Shown here: piece after piece, positions 1 through 9,500 of the stretch | Layout of the letters: the number at the start of each line of letters is the position of its first letter | Position numbering within the stretch: the first letter of the stretch is position 1 | Assembly (NCBI GenBank): GCA_964016885.1 | Contig: OZ024742.1 | Span: 371,008,001 to 371,072,000, forward strand | From: Eledone cirrhosa | Taxonomy: Eukaryota | Direction: 5' to 3' | DNA: 64,000 nt | Translations under genes and position numbers: made by a program | Notes under the pieces: model-generated | What the model was told of the DNA's origin: nothing | Seen by the model: only the letters and a program-made list of their open reading frames with translations | Databases searched by the model: none

Positions 1-270
1 GGCTGTTACTTAAATATAAGTATGTACACGTACATACTTATATGTATACCGACGTACAGTAGTATGTATATATATATATACATACATGCACACATATATA
101 TATGCACGTATGGATGTTTGTTTACAAACACACCGAGCATTATAATAAATATTCGGTGAATCCATACGTGCATATATATATGTGTGCATGTATGTATATA
201 TATACATACTACTGTACGTCGGTATACATATATGTATGTACGTGTACATACTTATATTTAAGTAACAGCC
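1..270. repeat. Long near-perfect inverted repeat (palindrome) with a structured 44-bp apex; foldback/MITE-like, possibly extending left of the window
   Basis: 1-115 (GGCTGTTACTTAAATATAAG...GCACGTATGGAT) is the reverse complement of 160-270 (ATCCATACGTGC...CTTATATTTAAGTAACAGCC), with one mismatch (pos 38) and a 4-nt difference in a TA run. Confidence 0.95.
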
Positions 271-529
271 GTACTAAGAGTGGGAAATGAAATATCGTTT
301 CATTTTTTCCGTTTATCGTTTTCGGTGCACCCGGCCGATTAACCCACTCGATATGCAAATTGGGCTACTCAGCCGTTAATATGCATAAGGTAAGTATATA
401 CGTTCAACAATCTGGCAGGAAGGTATACGTTGCTGACGATAGCTAACAAGCTTGAAACTAGTACAGCGTTCCTTTGTCAGTGTTGAACAAACGAGCAACG
501 GTGGTTGCTAGACACTACGGCTTAATACG

Positions 530-667
530 GGATGTTTGTTTACAAACACACCGAGCATTATAATAAATATTCGGTGAATCCATACGTGCATATATATATG
601 TGTGCATGTATGTATATATATATATATATACATACTACTGTACGTCGGTATACATATATGTATGTAC

Positions 668-676
<9 letters not shown>
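530..676 (+). repeat. Direct copy of 112-250 (apex plus right arm of the palindrome)
   Basis: GGATGTTTGTTTACAAACACACCGAGC...GTACGTGTACATA matches 112-250 at offset 418, except for a TA run 8 nt longer; it ends by running into (TA)n. Confidence 0.95.

Positions 677-705
<29 letters not shown>
674..705. repeat. (TA)n microsatellite
   Basis: Pure AT dinucleotide run. Confidence 0.95.
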
Positions 706-709
<4 letters not shown>

Positions 710-816
710 GGTATAGAAAATATTGTAGCAAAAGACCAGAGCCGTTTTATATATATATATATATATATATATAAAACGGCTCTGGCCTTTTGCTACAATA
801 TTTTCTACACCTTTCA
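705..816. repeat. 112-bp foldback (MITE-like) with (TA)n centre and (TA)n on both flanks
   Basis: TGAAAGGTATAGAAAATATTGTAGCAAAAGACCAGAGCCGTTTT (705-748) is the reverse complement of AAAACGGCTCTGGCCTTTTGCTACAATATTTTCTACACCTTTCA (773-816) with 2 mismatches. Confidence 0.9.
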
Positions 817-827
817 TATATATATAT

Positions 828-856
828 ATCATCATCATCATCATCATCATCATCAT
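828..856 (-). repeat. (ATG/GAT)n 3' tail of the RTE element
   Basis: (ATC)n on + starts 1 nt beyond the TAA stop at 858-860; short tandem-repeat tails are typical of RTE-clade elements. Confidence 0.85.
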
Positions 857-857
857 T

Positions 858-3137
858 TTACGTCTGCTTTTCCCTGCTTGCAAGGGTGGGACGGGTCTTA
901 TTCAGCACAGCATCTCTCCACTCGTCACGGTCCCTCGTCATCTCCACCGTGAGCTTCAATGATCTGAGGTCTGTTCTCACCACCTCCGCCCATGTTTTTC
1001 GTGGTCTACCTCTACCACGTCTTCCTTCAACTGGCATTTCCTGGCACTTCTTCACCCATCGGTCATCCTCCATGCGCATCACATGTCCATACCAGCTCAG
1101 TCTCCTCTCCCGTACACTACATTCTATCCCTCTCAGACACAGTTTCTCTCTCAACACATTTATGCTGGGTCGTTCACGCACATTTACACTGCACATCCAA
1201 TGGAGCATGCTTGCCTCATTTCTCTCCAGCCGTCGCATATCCTCTGCGGTTGCTGCCCATGTCTCACTACCATGCAGCATCGCGCTCCTCACACAGGCAT
1301 CATACAACCGGCCTTTCATACGCAGGGAGAAACCCTTCTTCGTCAACAGAGGAAGCAGCTCCCTAAACTTCTTCCAACCCGTCCTTATTCTAGATACTAT
1401 GGCCTCGGAACACCCTCCTCCCATGCTAATCTGATCTCCTAGGTACCGGAAGCTATCCACCACTTCTATAGCGCCCTCTCGCATTTGAAAAATGTGTCTA
1501 TCAGTGCAACTTCTACTGTCTAATTTCCCTGTACATCTACTGCATACATATTTCTCCCTACCTGTTAGTTTGCCTGCTATCCCGCTACATCTCTTGTGTA
1601 CCCAGGACCTGCATTGTGTGCATTTTATAGAATTTATGCCAGTTCCTTTTCTGCATATCGAACATGGCCATTTCCCTGACGGAATCAGGGTTTTGTCCTC
1701 TTTTCTACTCATCAACACTTTTGTCTTAGCTAGATTTACTCTCAGTCCTCTTGCTTCCAACTGCTGTTTCCATAGCCGGAATTTATTCTCTAGCTCCTCT
1801 ACTGATTCTGCCATAAGAGCCAGATCGTCAGGATAGAGAAGTTCCCATGGACAGCCAGTCTTAAACTCCTCTGTTATGGCTTGGAGGACTATAATGAACA
1901 AGAGCGGGCTGAGGACCGAACCCTGATGTACTCCTACTTGTATCTGGAATTCCTCACTAAACTCCATTCCTACCCTGACTTTACTGAGAGTACCTCTGTA
2001 CAAAGTTTGCACTGTCCTCACAAGCCATTCCTCAACACCCAGCTTCCTTAGGGACCACCAGATGACAGATCGGGGTACCCTATCAAAGGCCTTCTCTAGG
2101 TCAACAAAGGCTAAGTATAGTGGCTTATTCTTCTCTAAGAACCTCTCTTGCATTTGTCTCACCAAGAAGAGGGCATCTGTTGTACTCTTCCCAGGCACAA
2201 AACCAAACTGCATCTCATCTAGTTTGACCCTTTCTCTAATTAGTTGTGCTAAAATCCTTTCTGCCACTTTCATAACCTGATCTATCAGTTTTATACCCCT
2301 ATAATTGCTCCTCTCCAAAGCATCCCCTTTACCTTTGTAGCAATTTATGAGAATACTGCTGCACCAGTCTTTGGGTATGACACCACCATATATAGCCTGA
2401 TTGATGATGCGTGCAACCAGTTTAGTGCCTACGTCCCCTGATGCCTTCAGCATCTCAGCAACTATTCCCGATGGTCCGGCCGCCTTACAATTTTTCATTT
2501 CCCTAATCGCCTCTTGGACCCTATATTCGTCAATCTCAATAGCTGGTCCCTCTGTCGGATCTACCAAGGGTAATTTCTCTCTCTCCCATTCGTTCTCCAC
2601 ATTCATCAGTCTCTCATAATGACATTTCCAGGCCTCCTTTTTCTGGTCATTCGTGACACTAAGTACACCGGCATCATCCCGGACACATTTATCACCAACA
2701 ACATCCTGATTTTCATTGACACACTGCCTTGCAATGTGGAACACCGCACGCCTCTGATCTTCCCGTCGTAGAACATTGGCAAACCTCCTACTCTCTGCCT
2801 CCCTGCGTGCTAAGTACACCTGATGTCTAGCTTCTCTCTTAGTGGCTGTATATTCTTCCCTACTCCCACCCTTTTTCCAAGCCTTCCATGCTAGTCTTTT
2901 GTCTCTAATTGCATTATCTACTGTGCTGTTCCACCACCAGGTCACTCTCTGTCTGGTTGGAGCTCTGCTCCAGCCACAGGTTTCATCAGTAGCCTGCAGT
3001 AAGTTGTCACGTAAGAACTTCCAGTTATTATCTATGTCATACGTCTCTAAATCGTCTTCTTTTTCGTCATACACATCTTGAAGGGCTTTCCTAAATTTGA
3101 ATTTTAGTGAAAGGTCTTTTAGCTTCCAGACCTTTCT
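858..3137 (-). CDS. Reverse transcriptase ORF remnant of the RTE element (759 aa, no internal stop, no APE endonuclease, catalytic motif reads YPDD, internal PHD-type finger)
   Basis: Motifs KAAGPSGI, YKGKGD, NYRGIKL, QFGF, FVDLEKAFDRV, GVHQGSVLSPLLF, LLYPDDL, VNLAKTKV, FRYLG in order. The first 67 aa of the predicted 858..3338 ORF come from flanking DNA, not the element. Confidence 0.9.
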   Translation of the reverse strand, partial: RKVWKLKDLSLKFKFRKALQDVYDEKEDDLETYDIDNNWKFLRDNLLQATDETCGWSRAPTRQRVTWWWNSTVDNAIRDKRLAWKAWKKGGSREEYTATKREARHQVYLARREAESRRFANVLRREDQRRAVFHIARQCVNENQDVVGDKCVRDDAGVLSVTNDQKKEAWKCHYERLMNVENEWEREKLPLVDPTEGPAIEIDEYRVQEAIREMKNCKAAGPSGIVAEMLKASGDVGTKLVARIINQAIYGGVIPKDWCSSILINCYKGKGDALERSNYRGIKLIDQVMKVAERILAQLIRERVKLDEMQFGFVPGKSTTDALFLVRQMQERFLEKNKPLYLAFVDLEKAFDRVPRSVIWWSLRKLGVEEWLVRTVQTLYRGTLSKVRVGMEFSEEFQIQVGVHQGSVLSPLLFIIVLQAITEEFKTGCPWELLYPDDLALMAESVEELENKFRLWKQQLEARGLRVNLAKTKVLMSRKEDKTLIPSGKWPCSICRKGTGINSIKCTQCRSWVHKRCSGIAGKLTGREKYVCSRCTGKLDSRSCTDRHIFQMREGAIEVVDSFRYLGDQISMGGGCSEAIVSRIRTGWKKFRELLPLLTKKGFSLRMKGRLYDACVRSAMLHGSETWAATAEDMRRLERNEASMLHWMCSVNVRERPSINVLREKLCLRGIECSVRERRLSWYGHVMRMEDDRWVKKCQEMPVEGRRGRGRPRKTWAEVVRTDLRSLKLTVEMTRDRDEWRDAVLNKTRPTLASREKQT
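1533..1664 (-). other. C4HC3 PHD-type zinc finger coding segment within the RT
   Basis: CSIC-x10-CTQC-x4-H-x2-C-x14-CSRC with W two residues before the H, lying between VNLAKTKV and FRYLG. Confidence 0.8.
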
Positions 3138-3162
3138 TATATATATATAAAACGGCTCTGGC
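3138..3162 (+). repeat. Copy of 762-786 (TA run plus start of the foldback right arm) at the RTE 5' junction
   Basis: TATATATATATAAAACGGCTCTGGC occurs at both 762-786 and 3138-3162. Confidence 0.9.
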
Positions 3163-3560
3163 GAAATGATCGTGCCATGATTAGGTGGATCTGTAGTGCC
3201 AAATTGAAAGATGAGACCCCCTTCGACCATGCTCCACCAGAAGCTGGGTGTGGATGAGATCACTGCTGTCCTTCGCACACAATGTCTCCGTTGGTATGGA
3301 GATGTACAGCGAGCCATGTCATGCATCAACTCCATCACTTACTTGGCAATGCCTGGCACTAGAGATCGTGACAGACCAAGGTAGACGTGGTTGGAGTGCG
3401 TGAAAAGTGATTTGTATAAATGTATAAATATCGATGTCGATACTATGGGCAGAAATTCATGGAGAGCAGCTGTGGAACACTGCCTGGTGTTGCCTACCTC
3501 AGAGTCTGGGAAGACTACAGCACCATAAAGACCAAAACTGGATATGGATGGAGAGATGGA
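3162..3560 (+). pseudogene. Degenerate 3'-end fragment of a second RTE-clade LINE (different family)
   Basis: Manual translation: RNDRAMIRWICSAKLKDET/(+1 frameshift in C5 run 3217-3221)/PSTMLHQKLGVDEITAVLRTQCLRWYGDVQRAMSCINSITYLAMPGTRDRDRPR*TWLECVKSDL...GRNSWRAAV...TAP* (premature TAG 3382-3384, TAA 3526-3528), colinear with the C-terminus of the minus-strand element; degenerate (GGAT)n-like tail at 3540-3560. Confidence 0.85.
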
Positions 3561-6500
3561 GTTGTATAAATAATATTACAAATAAAAAAGAAAAGGACAA
3601 GGAGAAAAAAAAACACTTAAGTTGGTAATACACACATCTAGGACCACATACACCACACGATCAGGTAATACATACATCTAGGACCACATACACCACACGA
3701 TCAGGTAATACATACATCTAGGACTACATACACCACACGATCAGGTAATACATACATCTAGGACCACATACACCACACGATCAGGTAATACATACATCTA
3801 GGAACACACACAACACACAAGCATGTAATACACACATCTAGGACTACATACAACACATAAGCAGGTAATACATACATCTAGGATCACATACAACACACAA
3901 GCAGGTAATACATACATCTAGGACTACATACAACACACAAGCAAGTGATACATACATCTAGGATCACATACAACACAAGCAGGTAATACATACATCTAGG
4001 ACTACATACAACACACAAGCAAGTAATACATACATCTAGGACCACACACAACACACAAGCAGGTAATACATACATCTAGGACTACATACAACACACAAGC
4101 AAGTGATACATACATCTAGGACCACACACAATACACAAGCAGGTAATACATACATCTAGGACCACATACAACACACAATCAAGTAATACATACATCTATG
4201 ACTACATACAATACATAAGCAGGTAATACACACATCTAGGACCGAATACAACACATAAGCAGGTTATACATACATATAGAACCACATACAACACAAGCAG
4301 GTAATACATACATCTATGACCACATACAACACACAAGCAGGTAATACATACATCTAGGACCACATACAACGCAAGCAGGTAATACACACATCTAGGACTA
4401 CATACAACACAAGCAGGTAATACACACATCTAGGACTACATACAACACAAGTAGGTAATACATACATCTAGGACCACATACAACACACAATCAAGTAATA
4501 CATACATCTAGGACTACATACAACACAAGCAGGTAATACATACATCTAGGACTACATACAACACAAGCAGGTAATACACACATCTAGGACTACATACAAC
4601 ACAAGCAGGTAATACATACATCTAGGACAACATACAACACAAGCAGGTAATACACACATCTAGGACCACATACAACACACAATCAAGTAATACATACATC
4701 TAGGACTACATACAACACATAAGCAGGTAATACATACATCTAGGATCACATACAACACACAAGCAGGTAATACATACATCTAGGACTACATACAACACAC
4801 AAGCAAGTGATACATACATCTAGGATCACATACAACACAAGCAGGTAATACATACATCTAGGACTACATACAACACAAGCAGGTAATACATACATCTAGG
4901 ACCACATACAACGCAAGCAGGTAATACACACATCTAGGACTACATACAACACAAGCAGGTAATACACACATCTAGGACTACATACAACACAAGTAGGTAA
5001 TACATAGATCTAGGACCACATACAACACACAATCAAGTAATACATACATCTAGGACTACATACAACACAAGCAGGTAATACATACATCTAGGACTACATA
5101 CAACACAAGCAGGTAATACACACATCTAGGACTACATACAACACAAGCAGGTAATACATACATCTAGGACAACATACAACACAAGCAGGTAATACACACA
5201 TCTAGGACCACATACAACACACAATCAAGTAATACATACATCTAGGACTACATACAACACATAAGCAGGTATTACATACATCTAGGACCACATACAACAA
5301 GCAGGTAATACACATATCTAGGACCATATACAACACACAAGCAGGTAATACACACATCTAAGACCACATACAACACATAAGAAGGTAATACACACATCTA
5401 GGATCACATACAACACACAATCAAGTAATACATACATCTAGGACTACATACGACAGAAGCAGGTAATACACACATGTAGGACTACATACAACACACAATC
5501 AAGTAATACATACATCTAGGACTACATACAACACAAGCAGGTAATACATACATCTAGGACTACATACAACACACAATCAAGTAATACATACATCTAGGAC
5601 TACATACAACAGAAGCAGGTAATACACACATGTAGGACTACATACAACACACAATCAAGTAATACATACATCTAGGACTACATACAACACAAGCAGGTAA
5701 TACATACATCTAGGACCACACACAACATACAATCAAGTAATACATACATCTAGGACTACATACAACACAAGCAGGTAATACATACATCTAGGCACACATG
5801 CAACACACAATCAAGTAATAAATACATCTATGACCACATACAACACAAGCAGGTAATACACACATCTAGGACCAGATAAACACACAATCAAGTAATACAT
5901 ACATCTATGACCACATGCAACACAAGCAGGTCATACACACATCTAGGACCACATACAACACACAATCAAGTAATACATACATCTAGGACCACACACAACA
6001 CACAAGCAGGTAATACATACATCTAGGACCACATACAACACAAGCAGGTAATACACACATCTAGGACTACATACAACACACAATCAAGTAATACATACTT
6101 CTAGGACTACATACAAAACAAGCAGGTAATACACACATCTAGGACAACATACAACACACAATCAAGTAATACATACATCTATGACCACATACAACACACA
6201 AGCAGGTAATACATACATCTAGGACTACATACAACACACAAGCAGGTAATACATACATCTAGGACTACATACAACACACAATCAAGTAATACATACATCT
6301 ATGACCACATACAACACAAGCAGGTAATACACACATCTAGGACCACATACAACACACAATCAAGTAATACATACATCTAGGACCACATACAACACACAAG
6401 CAGGTAATACATACATCTAGGACCACATACAACACACAAGCAGGTAATACATACATCTAGGACCACATACAACACACAAGCAGGAAATACATACATCTAG

Positions 6501-9500
6501 GACTACATATAACACAAGCAGGTAATACATACATCTAGGACCACATACAACACACAATCAAGTAATACATACATCTAGGACTACATACAACAGAAGCAGG
6601 TAATACACACATCTAGGACCACATACAACACACAATCAAGTAATACATACATCTAGGACCACATACAACACACAATCAAGTAATACATACATCTATGACC
6701 ACATACAACACACAAGCAGGTAATACATACATCTAGGACCACATACAACACACAAGCAGGTAATACATACATCTAGGACTACATGCAACACAAGCAGGTA
6801 ATACATACATCTAGGACTACATACAACACACAATCAGGTAATACATACATCTATGACCACATACAACACAAGCAGGTAATACACACATCTAGGACCACAT
6901 ACAACACACAATCAAGTAATACATACATCTAGGACTACATACAACAGAAGCAGGTAATACACACATCTAGGACCACATACAACACACAATCAAGTAATAC
7001 ATACATCTAGGACCACATACAACACACAATCAAGTAATACATACATCTATGACCACATACAACACACAAGCAGGTAATACATACATTTAGGACCACATAC
7101 AACACACAAGCAGGTAATACATACATCTAGGACTACATACAACACAAGCAGGTAATACATACATCTAGGACTACATACAACACACAATCAAGTAATACAT
7201 ACATCTAGGACTACATACAACACAAGCAGGTAATACATACATCTAGGACTACATACAACACACAATCAAGTAATACATACATCTAGGACTACATACAACA
7301 CAAGCAGGTAATACATACATCTAGGACCACATACAACACACAATCAAGTAATAAATACATCTATGAATACATACAACACAAGCAAGTAATATACACATCT
7401 AGGACCACATACAACACACAATCAAGTAATACATACATCTAGGACCACATACAACACAAGCAGGTAATACATACATCTAGGACTACATACAACGCAAGCA
7501 GGTAATACTTACATCTAGGTTCATATACAACACACAATCAAGTAATACATACATCTATGACCACATACAACAGAAGCAGGTAATACACACATCTAGGACC
7601 ACATACAACACACAATCAAGTAATACATACATCTAGGACTACATACAACACAAGCAGGTAATACATACATCTAGGACCACGTACAACACACAATCAAGTA
7701 ATAAATACATCTATGACTACATACAACACAAGCAAGTAATATACACATCTAGGATCACATACAACACACAATCAAGTAATACATACATCTAGGACCACAT
7801 ACAACACAAGCAGGTAATACATACATCTAGGACCACATACAACACACGATCAAGTAATACATACATCTAGGACTACATACAACACAAGCAGGTAATACTT
7901 ACATCTAGGTTCATATACAACACACAATCAAGTAATACATACATCTATGACCACATACAACAGAAGCAGGTAATACACACATCTAGGACCACATACAACA
8001 CACAATCAAGTAATACATACATCTAGGATTACATACAACACCAGCAGGTAATACATACATCTAGGACCACATACAACACACAATCAAGTAATACATACAT
8101 CTAGGACTACATACAACACAAGCAGGTAATACATACATCTAGGACCACATGCAACACACAATCAAGTAATAAATAGATCTAGGACTACATACAAAACAAG
8201 CGGGTAATACATACATCTAGGACCACATACAACACACAATCAAGTAATACATACATCTAGGACTACATACAACACAAGCAGGTAATACATACATCTAGGA
8301 CCACATACAACACACAATCAAGTAATACATACATCTAGGACTACATACAACACAAGCAGGTAATACTTACATCTAGGTTCATATACAACACACAATCAAG
8401 TAATACATACATCTATGACCACGTACAACAGAAGCAGGTAATACACACATCTAGGACCACATACAACACACAATCAAGTAATACCTACATCTAGGACTAC
8501 ATACAACACCAGCAGGTAATACATACATCTAGGACCACATACAAGACACAATCAAGCAATACATACATCTAGGACTACATACAACACAAGCAGGTAATAC
8601 ATACATCTAGGACCACATGCAACACACAATCAAGTAATAAATAGATCTAGGACTACATACAACACAAGCGGGTAATACATACATCTAGGACCACATACAA
8701 CACACAATCAAGTAATACATACATCTAGGACTACATACAACACAAGCAGGTAATACATACATCTAGGACCACATACAACACGCAATCAAGTAATACATAC
8801 AACACAAGCAGGTAATACATACATCTAGGACCACATACAACACACAATCAAGTAATACATACATCTAGGACTACATACAACACAAGCAGGTAATACATAC
8901 ATCTAGGACTACATACAACACACAATCAAGTAATACATACATCTAGGATCACATACAAAACAAGCAGGTAATACATACATCTAGGACCACATACAACACA
9001 CAATCAAGTAATAAATACATCTATGACCACAAACAACACAAGCAGGTAATACATACATCTAGGACCACATACAACACACAATCAAGTAATACATACATCT
9101 AGGACTACATACAACACACAATCAATTAATACATACATCTATGACCACATACAACACAAGCAGGGAATACATACATCTAGGACTACATACAACACACAAT
9201 CAAGTAATATATACATCTTGGACTACATACAACACAAGCAGGTAATACATACATCTAGGACTACATACAGCACGCAATCAAGTAATACACACATCTAGGA
9301 CTACATACAACACAAGCAGGTAATACATACATCTAGGACTACATACAACACAAGCAGGTAATACATACATCTAGGACTATATACAACACAAGCAGGTAAT
9401 ACATACATCTAGGACCACATACAACACACAATCATGTAATACACACATCTAGGACTACATACAACACAAGCACGTAATACATACATCTAGGACTACATAC

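Larger units (their letters stand above)
828..3137 (-). mobile_element. 5'-truncated RTE-clade non-LTR retrotransposon (LINE)
   Basis: Non-LTR RT motifs, RTE-type C-terminus (RRLSWYGHVMR, GRRGRGRPRKTW, DRDEWR) and a short tandem-repeat 3' tail right after the stop. The 5' end breaks off at RKVWKLKD into a TA run. Confidence 0.92.

Noticed and set aside
115-130. Forkhead-like sites (TGTTTGT, TGTTTAC) as a regulatory element
   Set aside because: Short motifs inside a repeat with no nearby gene; function cannot be supported from sequence.
870-880. CAAGCAGGGAA at the RTE 3' end (minus strand) matches a satellite variant
   Set aside because: Only 11 bp, matches a minor variant and does not extend; compatible with chance.
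10-952. Short Y/I/H/M-rich ORFs, including poly-His and poly-Met
   Set aside because: Translations of (TA)n, (TACA)n and the (ATC)n tail.
790-3081. Plus-strand ORFs of 72-214 aa
   Set aside because: Antisense shadows of the RT frame with no recognisable motifs.
858-3137. Retron, DGR, group II intron or telomerase RT generating the adjacent array
   Set aside because: Motifs, C-terminus and tail are those of an RTE LINE, and no satellite template is found within the element.
3138-3338. N-terminal 67 aa of the 826-aa ORF as a real retrotransposon domain
   Set aside because: It is a TA run, a foldback fragment and the antisense of another RTE; no APE motifs are present.
3434-3628. 64-aa plus-strand ORF
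   Set aside because: Out-of-frame reading of the decayed RTE end and A-rich linker.
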